Source: Fidelibacterota bacterium (GTDB lineage Bacteria; Fidelibacterota; Marinisomatia; Marinisomatales; Marinisomataceae). From it: a DNA stretch of 46,487 nucleotides. Location of the stretch: contig JABHGE010000014.1 of the NCBI GenBank assembly GCA_018672235.1, positions 1-46,487 on the forward strand, read 5' to 3'. Position 1 is the stretch's first letter. Every line of letters starts with the position of its first letter. Made by a program: the position numbers and the translations under genes. Below the pieces are notes generated by a model. That model did not search any database, was not told where the DNA came from, and saw only the letters and a program-made list of their open reading frames with translations. Shown piece by piece: positions 36,608-46,487 of this stretch.

Positions 36608-37515
36608 TAAATTTTTTTACAATAGTTGGACCTACCGGTATAGGCAAAACAAGCTTATCAATAAAATTAGCTAAAAAATTAAATAGTGAAATCATTGGTT
36701 TGGATTCCAGGCAAATTTATAAAATGATCCCTATTGGTACCGCTCAACCATCTAAACAAGAGCTAAGTAGCATTGCACATCATTTGATTGGAATAAAAGA
36801 GCTAAGTGATACAATATCTGCAGGTGAGTATGTTAAATTAGTAGATAAAAAGATTGCAGAAATTTTAGATCAAAAGAAAATTCCTATTCTATGTGGAGGT
36901 ACCGGACTATACTTAAAGTCATTAGTAGAGGGTATTTTTACTGGAAGTCAGACAGATCATAGCATCAGATCTTTTCTTGAAAAAGAGTATGATAGTGGAA
37001 AATCAGACATACTTTATAAAGAATTATCCTCTATTGACCCTGAATACTCTAAAAAAGTTCATCCTAATAATAAAAGAAGGCTCATAAGGGCTCTCGAGAT
37101 TTATAAGATTACAGGAAAGAATATGACTGATAATTTTAAATCTGATAATAAGAAAAGTAGTTTTTATAAAAACTTTCATACTGTTTATCTCCGAATGTCA
37201 AGACAGGCGCTAGAAAAGAGAATTTATCAAAGAACTTTATCTATGATGGAAAGCGGCATGATAGAAGAAGTTAAATTTATTAAAGATAAGAATTATGATA
37301 TCAAGCATATAGACTACATAGGGTTTAGTGAGATATCATCATATTTAGATAAAGAAATATCTAGAGAAGATGCCATAGAAAGAATTCATATTCGTACAAG
37401 ACAATATGCAAAAAGACAGATGAAATGGTTTGACAATCAAAGCTTTGATAATGTGTTTGAAATGGACACCACTAACGTTAACGATATAGTTGATAAATTA
37501 GTTGAAATGAACTAA
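36604..37515 (+). CDS. miaA: tRNA dimethylallyltransferase
   Basis: GPTGIGKT, DSRQIY, GGTGLY and TRQYAKRQ motifs. Confidence 0.96.
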   Translation: MINFFTIVGPTGIGKTSLSIKLAKKLNSEIIGLDSRQIYKMIPIGTAQPSKQELSSIAHHLIGIKELSDTISAGEYVKLVDKKIAEILDQKKIPILCGGTGLYLKSLVEGIFTGSQTDHSIRSFLEKEYDSGKSDILYKELSSIDPEYSKKVHPNNKRRLIRALEIYKITGKNMTDNFKSDNKKSSFYKNFHTVYLRMSRQALEKRIYQRTLSMMESGMIEEVKFIKDKNYDIKHIDYIGFSEISSYLDKEISREDAIERIHIRTRQYAKRQMKWFDNQSFDNVFEMDTTNVNDIVDKLVEMN

Positions 37516-37540
37516 GTTTCCGAGAATTGGAGAAAAATTT

Positions 37541-38470
37541 ATGCTAAAAAGCAAACATCTTATCGGTCTAGAAAATTTTCCAACTTCTGATTTGAATAAA
37601 ATAATTGACACTTCATTTAAATTCAAAGAAATCCTAGAAAGCCCAGAACGAAAAACAATCTTATTAAAGGGTAAAACTATTGTTAATATGTTTTTCGAAA
37701 ATTCTACAAGAACAAAAATTAGTTTTACGCTAGCTGAAAAAAGGCTAGGGGCAGATAGTATTAATTTTTCTTCCTCAACAAGTAGTGTGAAAAAGGGAGA
37801 GACTCTAAAAGATACAATCCAAAATATCGATGCAATGAAAATAGATGGAGCTGTTATTAGACATGGACATCCTGGATCAGCGTTAAAATTAACTGAGTAT
37901 ATAGATGGGGCTGTTATTAACGCAGGAGATGGATCTCATGAACATCCTACGCAAGCTATCCTAGACATGGTAACTCTAAAAGAGAAATTTGGTAAGATAA
38001 AAAATTTAAAAGTAGGTATCATAGGTGATATTCTAAATAGTAGAGTAGCAAGGAGTGATATCTTTGCTCTTAAAAAGTTAGGAGCAGAGATTGTAGTTTG
38101 TGGTCCTAGTACTTTATTGCCAAGTAATGCCAAGCAATTGGGAATAAATATTACTCACAATATTAATGAAGTTTTAAATTGGTGTGATGTAGTGATTGGA
38201 TTACGTATTCAACTTGAAAGAATGCATTTAGGTAGAATCCCATCTAAGAGAGAATATCATAGTGAGTTTGGTTTGACTTATGAAAGAATAAGCAAACTAA
38301 AAAAGGATATAGTCATTATGCATCCAGGTCCGATGAATAGGGGTGTAGAAATTGATAGTAAAATTGCAGATTCAGAGAATGCCGTAATTCTTGATCAAGT
38401 ATTAAATGGAGTAGCATCAAGAATGTCTATTCTCTATCTTTTGCTTGCAGATAAATCAGAAAAATTATGA
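37541..38470 (+). CDS. pyrB: Aspartate carbamoyltransferase catalytic subunit
   Basis: FFENSTRT, HPTQ and MHPGP motifs. Confidence 0.97.
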   Translation: MLKSKHLIGLENFPTSDLNKIIDTSFKFKEILESPERKTILLKGKTIVNMFFENSTRTKISFTLAEKRLGADSINFSSSTSSVKKGETLKDTIQNIDAMKIDGAVIRHGHPGSALKLTEYIDGAVINAGDGSHEHPTQAILDMVTLKEKFGKIKNLKVGIIGDILNSRVARSDIFALKKLGAEIVVCGPSTLLPSNAKQLGINITHNINEVLNWCDVVIGLRIQLERMHLGRIPSKREYHSEFGLTYERISKLKKDIVIMHPGPMNRGVEIDSKIADSENAVILDQVLNGVASRMSILYLLLADKSEKL

Positions 38471-39762
38471 TAAATAATCAAAACACAAAAAAATTATTGT
38501 TAAAAGGTGGTAGAATTATTGATCCATTCTCAAAAAAAACATTTATTGGAGACCTATTAGTTAAAAATGGTTCAATTTCTAAAATTGCAGATTCTATACC
38601 ATCTAAAGGAAAAGACTATAATGTAATTGATTGCAAGGGATTGATTGTTACGCATGGTTTTTGTGATATTCATGTCCATTTTAGAGAGCCAGGAAGAGAA
38701 GATAAAGAAAACTTAGAGTCAGGATCTATAGCTGCAATTGCAGGAGGATTTACTCAGGTTTGTACAATGCCCAATACAGATCCGGTTATTGATTCTCCAG
38801 AACATATACATTATATATCAAGTAAGAGTAAAAATTTACCTGTAGAAATTTTTCCAATCGGTGCAGTATCAAAAAATTTAGAAGGCGAACATCTTACTGA
38901 AATGATGTTAATGAAAAAGAATGGTGCAATTGCTTTTACTGATGATGGAATGCCAATACAGAATCCTCAGTTTATGAGCTTGGCATTAAGATATGCTCAA
39001 ATGATTGATATACCTATCTTAAATCATTCTGAAGATATCTATCTAAGAAATGATGGTGTTATGAATGCAAGTAAGACATCAAGCAATTTAGGATTAAAGG
39101 GAAATAATAGTTTAGCTGAAGCTATGATGGTATATAGAGATTTATTATTAGCAGCATCTTTAAATGCCAGACTACATATTCTTCATGTCTCTACAAAAGA
39201 ATCCGTTGATTTAATTAAACAATTTAAATCCAAAGATAGTCTTGTTACTTCTGAGGTTTCTCCTCATCACCTATATTTTTCAGATGAAGACATTAAAGAT
39301 TTTAATACAAATTTGAAGGTCGGTCCACCGATTAGAGGAAAAGCAGATCGAAAGAAGCTTATTGAAGGTATAAAAAGTGGTATTATTGATTGTATTGCTA
39401 CAGATCATGCGCCGCATACGCTCGAAGACAAAGAAACTACTTTTAATGATGCAGCATTTGGCATGATTGGATTAGAGAGCTGTTTTGGTGCTGTAAATAA
39501 AGTGCTTGTGAAGGATAATGGCATGAGTTTAAAATCTCTAATTGAAAAATTGACAGTAAACCCAAGAAAAGTAATGAATATTGATAGGAATTTATTTGAA
39601 ATTGGCAAGAAAGCTCAGATTACAATTCTTGATCCAAATCAAAAATGGACTTTTTCAAATGAAGATATTTACTCAAAGTCCTCTAACTCTCCGTTCATTG
39701 GGGAAGAGATGGTAGGAAAAGTTAAATATGTGCTATCAAAAAGCAAGTTTTATACTTTATAA
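38467..39762 (+). CDS. pyrC: Dihydroorotase
   Basis: DIHVHFREPG, MPNT and ATDHAPH motifs. Confidence 0.95.
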   Translation: MINNQNTKKLLLKGGRIIDPFSKKTFIGDLLVKNGSISKIADSIPSKGKDYNVIDCKGLIVTHGFCDIHVHFREPGREDKENLESGSIAAIAGGFTQVCTMPNTDPVIDSPEHIHYISSKSKNLPVEIFPIGAVSKNLEGEHLTEMMLMKKNGAIAFTDDGMPIQNPQFMSLALRYAQMIDIPILNHSEDIYLRNDGVMNASKTSSNLGLKGNNSLAEAMMVYRDLLLAASLNARLHILHVSTKESVDLIKQFKSKDSLVTSEVSPHHLYFSDEDIKDFNTNLKVGPPIRGKADRKKLIEGIKSGIIDCIATDHAPHTLEDKETTFNDAAFGMIGLESCFGAVNKVLVKDNGMSLKSLIEKLTVNPRKVMNIDRNLFEIGKKAQITILDPNQKWTFSNEDIYSKSSNSPFIGEEMVGKVKYVLSKSKFYTL

Positions 39763-39832
39763 TCTTACCTATCATTAATCATTGACTAATGGAATCACAT
39801 CAATTAAGTTTTGAGGCATTTTTGAGACTTTA

Positions 39833-40270
39833 ATGAAAAAGATAACAAATACAATATCAGCTAAAGATATAAAGCAACAATGGTGGTTGCTAGATGCCGA
39901 CAATCAGGTATTGGGGCGTTTTGCATCTCAAGTTGCTCAAATTTTAAGAGGAAAGCATAGACCTAATTATGCTCCTAATTTATATATGGGAGATGCGGTT
40001 ATTATAGTAAATGCAGATAAGATAAGGCTGACTGGTAACAAAGCTGATTCAAAAAAATATTTTAGTCATTCTGGTTATCCAGGAGGGGTTAAGTTTACTA
40101 GCTATAAAGATTTAATGAAAAATGATTCAGACAAAGTACTTTTAAAGGCTATAAAAGGTATGTTACCAAAAAATAGACTAGGTAATGAGATTTTAACACA
40201 TCTTAGAATTTATAAAGACTCTAATCATGGACAAGAAGCACAACAACCAACTGAATGGAGTTCTATTTAA
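39833..40270 (+). CDS. rplM: 50S ribosomal protein L13
   Basis: LGRFAS, RGKH.P.Y.P, HSGYPGG and GMLPKN motifs. Confidence 0.97.
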   Translation: MKKITNTISAKDIKQQWWLLDADNQVLGRFASQVAQILRGKHRPNYAPNLYMGDAVIIVNADKIRLTGNKADSKKYFSHSGYPGGVKFTSYKDLMKNDSDKVLLKAIKGMLPKNRLGNEILTHLRIYKDSNHGQEAQQPTEWSSI

Positions 40271-40665
40271 TGAAAAAAGAATTATTTAATGGAGTCGGAA
40301 GACGAAAAGAATCAACTGCAAGAGTTTATCTATCTGACGGTTCTGGAACTTCTACTGTTAATAAAAAATTAAATATTGATTCACATCTAAAAAGAGAATC
40401 TTTAGTTATTCACGCTATGAAACCTTTGGAAGTATTAAACCTTAGAGATAAATACGATCTGAACATCAATGTTTCTGGTGGAGGACTAACGGGTCAAGCT
40501 GGAGCAATTCAACTTGGTATAGCAAGAGCTCTTTTAAAAGTAGACGCAGAATTTAGGCCTCAATTAAAGTCACATGGCTTATTAACGAGAGATGCTAGAG
40601 AAGTAGAAAGAAAAAAATATGGTCAACCTGGAGCAAGAAAGAAATTCCAATTCTCTAAGAGATAA
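40270..40665 (+). CDS. rpsI: 30S ribosomal protein S9
   Basis: GRRK, GGGLTGQAGA and terminal QFSKR. Start placed at the TAATG overlap at 40270. Confidence 0.97.
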   Translation: MKKELFNGVGRRKESTARVYLSDGSGTSTVNKKLNIDSHLKRESLVIHAMKPLEVLNLRDKYDLNINVSGGGLTGQAGAIQLGIARALLKVDAEFRPQLKSHGLLTRDAREVERKKYGQPGARKKFQFSKR

Positions 40666-40670
40666 AAATT

Positions 40671-41402
40671 ATGCATAAAATTACAAAAGAAGATTTATTA
40701 AACTCTGGCGCTCATTTCGGGCACGTTTCAAGTAAAACAGATCCAAACTTTAAAGACTATGTCATTTCTCAAAAAAATGGGATTGATATTATTAATTTAG
40801 ATCATACTCTTGAAGGTCTTGAAAAAGCCGTAAAATTTATTACAAGCACTGTAGAAAACAATGGAGAGATACTCTTTGTTGGCACTAAAAAGCATGCTAA
40901 GGACGTTATACAGCAAGAAGCCGATAGATGTGGTATGTTTTATGTAGTAGAGAGGTGGTTAGGCGGAACTCTTACTAATTTTTCTACAATTAAAAAGAGT
41001 ATTAAAAGATTACATTCCTTAGAAAAAGAAGGGTCTACAATTTTTGAAGATTTAACAAAAAAAGAAATCTTACAGTTAAATCGTGAAAAAATTAAGCTTT
41101 CAGATCAGCATAGAGGTATTAAAGATATGAAAAGATTGCCAAGTATGATTGTAATCGTAGACGGCAAAACTGAATCTATTGCTATACAAGAAGCACAAAA
41201 ACTTGAAATTCCAATAGTATGTATTGTTGATTCTAATACAAATCCAACACTATGCAACTATCCAATTCCTGCTAATGACGACTCTATCAGAACTATACAG
41301 CTTTTAGTAACAGAAATTGCTGATGCTATTATAAGTGTTGCGCAAAAAAATGCTAAAGCCAAAGAAGCAGCAGAGCAAGTCGCAGATAAAAAGGAAGCAT
41401 AA
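40671..41402 (+). CDS. rpsB: 30S ribosomal protein S2
   Basis: GAHFGH, FVGTK, RWLGGTLTN and IPANDDS motifs. Confidence 0.97.
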   Translation: MHKITKEDLLNSGAHFGHVSSKTDPNFKDYVISQKNGIDIINLDHTLEGLEKAVKFITSTVENNGEILFVGTKKHAKDVIQQEADRCGMFYVVERWLGGTLTNFSTIKKSIKRLHSLEKEGSTIFEDLTKKEILQLNREKIKLSDQHRGIKDMKRLPSMIVIVDGKTESIAIQEAQKLEIPIVCIVDSNTNPTLCNYPIPANDDSIRTIQLLVTEIADAIISVAQKNAKAKEAAEQVADKKEA

Positions 41403-41406
41403 TTCT

Positions 41407-42012
41407 ATGAATATTGATGCAAAGCTAGTTAAGAGCCTGAGAGAAAGAACTGGAGCCGGAATGATGGATTGTAAAAAAGCTCTAGTAGATTCCAAGGGTG
41501 ATTTAGATTTAGCGATAGATTTTCTAAGAAAATCTGGAATTGCAAAAGCAGAAAAAAAATCTTCAAGAGCCGCAAATGAAGGCCTAGTTGTATCTTATAT
41601 TCATCATGGTAGTAAGTTAGGTGCCTTAGTAGAGCTTGGATGTGAGACAGATTTTGTTGCTAAAACTGACGGATTTTTAGACTTAGCAAATAATATTGCA
41701 ATGCAAGTTGCAGCTTCAAATCCAATGGCTATAGATGAAAGTAGCTTATCTGAAGATCTTATTAATAAGGAAAAAGAAATTTATACAGATCAGGCAAAGT
41801 CTAGCGGAAAGCCAGATAATGTTGTAGAAAAAATTGTTGAAGGTAAGTTGAAAAAATTTAAACAAGACTGTTGTCTTGTTCATCAATCGTTTGTAAAAAA
41901 TCCAGATGTTACAATTGGACAATTAATCCAAGAAGGAGTTTCTAAACTTGGAGAAAATATCACCATCAATCGCTTTACTCGCTTTTCATTAGGCGAACAA
42001 TCTAATAATTAA
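41407..42012 (+). CDS. tsf: Elongation factor Ts (short ~200-aa form)
   Basis: LRERTGAGMMDCKKAL and ETDFVA motifs. Likely start at 41407, after the rpsB stop. Confidence 0.96.
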   Translation: MNIDAKLVKSLRERTGAGMMDCKKALVDSKGDLDLAIDFLRKSGIAKAEKKSSRAANEGLVVSYIHHGSKLGALVELGCETDFVAKTDGFLDLANNIAMQVAASNPMAIDESSLSEDLINKEKEIYTDQAKSSGKPDNVVEKIVEGKLKKFKQDCCLVHQSFVKNPDVTIGQLIQEGVSKLGENITINRFTRFSLGEQSNN

Positions 42013-42725
42013 TGTCACAAAAAAATAAAAGAAGAATTCTCCTCAAACTTAGCGGAGAAATTCTTTCTGGCAATCATGTCTATGGTATTGACCCTGAAAT
42101 TGCACAACAACTTGCAAAAGAAGTAGCAGCTTTAAAAAAATTAGATATTGATATAGGAATTGTATTAGGTGCAGGCAATATTTTTAGAGGAAGAGATGCT
42201 TCTGAAAAAGGTATGGATAGAGTTACAGCTGACTATATTGGGATGGTAGGTACAGTTATTAATTCAGTCACCCTTCAAGACTCTCTTGAACAATTAGGAC
42301 TAGAAACCAGAACTCTATCAGGTATAGATATACCTAAAATTGCAGAACCTTACATAAGAAGAAGAGCTCTTAGACATTTAGAGAAAGGTAGAATAGTCAT
42401 TATTGCAGGAGGAACTGGAAATCCATTCTTTAGCACAGATAGTGCAGCTGCTCTACGTGCAGTAGAGCTTGATTGCTCTCTTCTAGTTAAGGCAACAAAA
42501 GTAGATGGAGTATACGATTCAGATCCTATGAAGAATCCTGATGCTAAAAAATATAAAGATATTTCTTTCGCGAAAGTGTTAGAAAAAGAATTAGCAATTA
42601 TGGACCTAACAGCTATAACTTTGTGCAAAGAGAATAATATGCCCATTCTCGTTTTAGATATTACAAAAAAAGGAAATTTATATAATGCACTTTCTAATGA
42701 CGATATAGGAACAAGAATTAGTTAA
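42012..42725 (+). CDS. pyrH: UMP kinase
   Basis: LLKLSGE, GNIFRG and GNPFFSTD motifs. Confidence 0.97.
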   Translation: MSQKNKRRILLKLSGEILSGNHVYGIDPEIAQQLAKEVAALKKLDIDIGIVLGAGNIFRGRDASEKGMDRVTADYIGMVGTVINSVTLQDSLEQLGLETRTLSGIDIPKIAEPYIRRRALRHLEKGRIVIIAGGTGNPFFSTDSAAALRAVELDCSLLVKATKVDGVYDSDPMKNPDAKKYKDISFAKVLEKELAIMDLTAITLCKENNMPILVLDITKKGNLYNALSNDDIGTRIS

Positions 42726-42727
42726 TT

Positions 42728-43285
42728 ATGTTAGATCAAAATATTCAATTTGCAAAAACTAAGATGGAGCAAACAATTGTGTTTGTTGGATCAGAGCTAG
42801 GAAAAATAAGGACGGGAAGAGCAAATCCTGATATGTTTAATAAAATTTCAGTGAAGTACTATGACAATGATACGCCATTAAATCAAATTGCTAACATATC
42901 TGTCATGGATGCAGTCACTATCAGTATACAGCCATTTGATAAAACATCCATTGACGATATTGAAAGAGGAATTTTAGCATCAGATTTAGGCTTTAATCCT
43001 TCAAATAATGGAAATAGTATTATAATTACTTTTCCTCCTTTATCAGCAGAAAGAAGACAAGATTTAGTTAAGGTTGCTTCAAAGGTTATTGAAGATGGAA
43101 GAATTTCAGTAAGAAATATTCGTAGAGAAATTATTCAATCTGTTAAGAAAGTAGAAGAAGATGAAAAAATTCCTGAAGATGATATGAAGAGATTTATGGA
43201 TCAAATGCAAGATGTTACTGATTCTTTTATTAAAAGACTGAATGCAAATCAGCAAGCGAAAGAAGAAGAAATTTTAAATAATTAA
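42728..43285 (+). CDS. frr: Ribosome recycling factor
   Basis: IRTGRANP and RNIRR motifs. Follows pyrH. Confidence 0.96.
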   Translation: MLDQNIQFAKTKMEQTIVFVGSELGKIRTGRANPDMFNKISVKYYDNDTPLNQIANISVMDAVTISIQPFDKTSIDDIERGILASDLGFNPSNNGNSIIITFPPLSAERRQDLVKVASKVIEDGRISVRNIRREIIQSVKKVEEDEKIPEDDMKRFMDQMQDVTDSFIKRLNANQQAKEEEILNN

Positions 43286-43286
43286 T

Positions 43287-43844
43287 CTATCGATTCCAAA
43301 GAGCTTCTTCGAAGTCTTTCTCTGTTAATTGATATCCCCAATGTTGTAATGCTTGTCTTATTACAGGACTAATTGACTCATCATTGTACTTAGCACTTTT
43401 CTTAAGAATCAGACTGATTAATCTTAATTTCCATCTACCATTTTTTCCAGTAAAATTACTCCATCTCTGTATTTGTCTCATATCGTCAGAACTTCTTCTT
43501 CCATTGTAGAAATGGCAATACCATTGTACCCAACCATAAGGATCAATTGGATTAATCCAATTTTTTGATTCCCAATATTCTAAATTAGTTCCGCTGTGAA
43601 CTTTATATCTATTTAAGTTTAAGTTTTCTTTTTCTGATATAAGGCATTGATCATCTATAGTTTTCCACCATTCTCGAGGTAAATCTAAGTGTAAATTGCT
43701 ATAAGATTTCTTATTCGTTTCTGAATAGATTGGTCTCCAATATGTTCCACCGAAGCTGCCTAATTTAAAGATATGATATGGAGTTAAATTTGGTTTAAAA
43801 TCAATAAAATCTTCGAATATAATATTCTTAGGTTCTATTCGCAT
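43287..43844 (-). CDS. Conserved Trp-rich hypothetical protein overlapping the nrdJ stop
   Basis: FKPNLTP..IF.LGSFGGTYWR, DPYGWVQWYC.FY.GRR..DD.RQI.RW and RQALQHW motifs. Confidence 0.85.
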   Translation of the reverse strand: MRIEPKNIIFEDFIDFKPNLTPYHIFKLGSFGGTYWRPIYSETNKKSYSNLHLDLPREWWKTIDDQCLISEKENLNLNRYKVHSGTNLEYWESKNWINPIDPYGWVQWYCHFYNGRRSSDDMRQIQRWSNFTGKNGRWKLRLISLILKKSAKYNDESISPVIRQALQHWGYQLTEKDFEEALWNR

Positions 43845-46231
43845 TTAGACCAACCACAATCTTTGCATATGTAACATCCACCTTCATTGACTACTTCATT
43901 TCCATCGCAGTCAATACAGTGGATTCCTTTAGCTTTTTTTGATTGGGTAGGTTCTTCTGCTATTTCAAATTGAACTTTATTTTTCATACTTGGTTCTTGC
44001 TCACCATCGAGAAAAGTTTCTAAAGCTCTCCCAATGGCATCTGGAGTTGATAAAATTAGTTGGCCATCTTCCCATGTTGGGTTAGGTCCACTAATTCCTT
44101 TTAATTGGTTGATTACGCTCGTTGGATCTACGCCAGATCTTAATGCTAAGGATATCAATCGACTAATTGCCTCTGTTTGAGCTGCAACAGTTCCACCTGC
44201 TTTACCAATAGCTGTAAATACTTCACATAATCCATTTTCATCTTCGTTTACAGTGATGTATAATGTTCCATCTCCAGTTCGCATTCTCCTTGTTTTTCCT
44301 GTAGTAATCTGAGGTCTATTTCTAGCTGTTTTTTTAGCAGTAACATTTGTTGTTTCTACCGTATTTCCTTCTTCAGATTTTTCATCAGTAATAAGAATAC
44401 CTTCTCTAGATCCTTCTCTATAAACTGTAATACCTTTTAAATTTCCTTGATAGGCTTTCATATAAATATCTGCTACAGTTTCTACAGTAGTATCTTCCGC
44501 TAAATTAACAGTAGATGAAATTGAACTATCAATATATTTCTGGACTTCACCTTGCATTTTTACTCTGAAGTATGGATCTACATCATGTGCAGTTACAACA
44601 TAGTCAGGTAAATTTTCATCACCACCGAACATTTCTTGTACTACTGGGTGATAAACGGTAAATGTGTCAAATTCTTTTCCAAGACTATCGTTTCTTTTTA
44701 CTTTTCTCTTGTAAGAAGTAGCAAAAATTGGCTCTACTCCAGAAGTTACTCTAGCGACAATAGCACCACTTCCTGTCGGAGCTACTGTAGTTAGCGTAGA
44801 ATTTCTAATACCATGGTTTTTAATTTTTTCTTGTAATTCTTGTGGAAGATCTTGCACAAAAAGACTTTCAGAATATCCATCCCAGTCAAAGTTTGGAAAC
44901 CCGCCTTTTTCTTGTGCTAATGCAGCACTAGTTTCATACGCAATATCTCTATGAATTTTCATTATTTCGCCAATAATCTCTAGCGCTTCATCTGAATCAT
45001 ATTTAATGCCCATTTTTACCAACATATCACCTAAACCAAGAATTCCTAATCCAACTCTTCTGTCATTGATAGCGTTCTGTTTTTGATCTTCAAGTGCATG
45101 ACGATCAAGATTATAATCTATTACGTTATCTAAGAATCTTGTTCCAACAGCAGTTATTTCGCGAAATCCGTCAAAATCAAAATTACCGCTATCATCAACA
45201 AAACGTTCAAGATTTAAAGCTCCTAGATTACAACATCCACCATCAGGAAGAGGTTGTTCAGCACAAGGATTAGTTGAAACTAATGGACTACAATATTCTG
45301 CATTATGATATTTTTTCATTGTATCCCAGAAGAGAAGTCCTGGTTCTGCGCTAGAATGAGCATGTGTTATAATCTTCATCCATAATTCTTTAGCATTTAC
45401 TGTATTATAAACTTTTCCACCCCACTGTAGATCAAAATCAGAATCACTTTGAACTGCATCCATAAAATCATCTGTTAAGAAAACAGATATATTGGAATAC
45501 TTGACCATATCAACATCGCCGGTTTTAATTTCAATAAATTTTTCAATATCAGGATGATCAACTCGTAGCGTTTGCATATTTGCACCACGTCTACCATGTT
45601 GTGCTATAGTGTTTGTATTTTCACTAAACAAGTTCATAAATCCAACTGGGCCACAGGAATCACCGCCTGTACCGTTAATAGCATCTCCCGATGGTCTTAA
45701 AACAGATAAATCATGTCCGCATCCACCACCATACTTATATGTCATGGCTTCTTGAACAACGCAATCATATATAGATTTAATAGAATCTGTCTTAATAGCT
45801 ACAACATAACAGTTATTTAGTGTTGTTGTAATATCCTCTCTACCTGCACCATGCATTATTCTTCCGCCTGGTACAAACTTGAAATTCTTTAATGCTTCAA
45901 AAAAAATGGCTTCCCATTTTTCTTGAAGTGCTTTTGTTTTTTCTACTCTAGCTAATGCCTTTGCTTGGCGTTTCCATAAATCCCATGGATTTTTTTCCCA
46001 TGGTGCTAAATATTTCATCTGTAGGACGCTTTTGCCTAGATCGTCATTTTTATAATATTCATCAATTTCAAATTCTTTAGGACAAACCTCTTCATTTGTT
46101 TGATTTGATTTATCCATCGATTCTTTGATGTTAAATCCTAATATTTGATTTTTTAATTCCGAATCAATGTTCGGGTTTGTTTCATTTTCTGTGGGAAAAT
46201 CAATACCCATATTTTCAATTGCTTCTGCCAT
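43835..46231 (-). CDS. nrdJ: Class II (adenosylcobalamin-dependent) ribonucleotide reductase with C-terminal TSCPD-like domain and zinc ribbon
   Basis: NCYV, RRGANM, TNPCAE, CNLG, APTG and KGITVYREGSR motifs, STPDAIG, and terminal CxxC..GGCxxCxxCGWSKC. Confidence 0.93.
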   Translation of the reverse strand: MAEAIENMGIDFPTENETNPNIDSELKNQILGFNIKESMDKSNQTNEEVCPKEFEIDEYYKNDDLGKSVLQMKYLAPWEKNPWDLWKRQAKALARVEKTKALQEKWEAIFFEALKNFKFVPGGRIMHGAGREDITTTLNNCYVVAIKTDSIKSIYDCVVQEAMTYKYGGGCGHDLSVLRPSGDAINGTGGDSCGPVGFMNLFSENTNTIAQHGRRGANMQTLRVDHPDIEKFIEIKTGDVDMVKYSNISVFLTDDFMDAVQSDSDFDLQWGGKVYNTVNAKELWMKIITHAHSSAEPGLLFWDTMKKYHNAEYCSPLVSTNPCAEQPLPDGGCCNLGALNLERFVDDSGNFDFDGFREITAVGTRFLDNVIDYNLDRHALEDQKQNAINDRRVGLGILGLGDMLVKMGIKYDSDEALEIIGEIMKIHRDIAYETSAALAQEKGGFPNFDWDGYSESLFVQDLPQELQEKIKNHGIRNSTLTTVAPTGSGAIVARVTSGVEPIFATSYKRKVKRNDSLGKEFDTFTVYHPVVQEMFGGDENLPDYVVTAHDVDPYFRVKMQGEVQKYIDSSISSTVNLAEDTTVETVADIYMKAYQGNLKGITVYREGSREGILITDEKSEEGNTVETTNVTAKKTARNRPQITTGKTRRMRTGDGTLYITVNEDENGLCEVFTAIGKAGGTVAAQTEAISRLISLALRSGVDPTSVINQLKGISGPNPTWEDGQLILSTPDAIGRALETFLDGEQEPSMKNKVQFEIAEEPTQSKKAKGIHCIDCDGNEVVNEGGCYICKDCGWSKCE

Positions 46232-46487
46232 AGTTCTAAATATACTCTTACCCTTATCTAAATTAGTATTAATTCAATACACAGTTATACGTAATAATTG
46301 TATATTCTCTCTCTAAAAAGAGACTGTTTGCAAATACTTTAAGCTTTCGAAAAGCTAGTTCGGCTGGCTCTGTAAATTATCTAATTTTTTTAATTTTAGT
46401 CAAGCTTAAAAAACTTTTTTTTATTAATTTTTTATAATAAATGAATAATCACTCTAATAACGTAATTCCTGAATGGCTTCTACGTCA

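Noticed and set aside
250..42646. Many short antisense or alternate-frame ORFs in the track (e.g. 10847-11308, 35098-35574, 36127-36444)
   Set aside because: They lie within or largely overlap well-supported genes and show no motifs of their own.
1..46487. tRNA, rRNA or riboswitch (including a cobalamin riboswitch before nrdJ)
   Set aside because: No cloverleaf, rRNA-like or B12-box sequence was recognised by eye. An Infernal/Rfam scan would be decisive.

Overview
AT-rich, gene-dense bacterial chromosome segment. Gene content and order suggest the FCB group, possibly a streamlined marine Marinisomatota/SAR406 genome (inference only). The left arm (1-18685) is housekeeping: ftsH, folP, cdaA, a split-barrel/MenA fusion, prfB with a +1 frameshift, lysS, lolCDE-type ABC genes, dnaK with a sigma54-type promoter, moxR-DUF58, efp, accB, accC. 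The right arm (34668-46487) is also housekeeping: gcvH, xerD, M50 protease, miaA, pyrB, pyrC, rplM, rpsI, rpsB, tsf, pyrH, frr and class II RNR. Between them is an ~16 kb integrative island (18686-34702) inserted in the 5' end of gcvH where it overlaps the accC stop. The island is bounded by a 34-bp direct repeat (32/34 identical), supplies a replacement gcvH start and RBS, carries arm-type repeats at both ends and a terminator at the left end, and keeps only the C-terminal 60 codons of a tyrosine integrase. Its main cargo is a complete clade II nitrous oxide reductase cluster (cyt c, nosZ, two unannotated micro-ORFs, nosB, L, D, F, Y). That cluster is flanked by broken 3' ends of acs and a YccU-like CoA-binding gene, consistent with a block cut from a donor chromosome. 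The rest of the island holds a serine hydrolase, a large Ig/LamG lipoprotein, small membrane proteins, a 340-aa orphan followed by a phased repeat array, and a duplicated 54-bp G-rich element.
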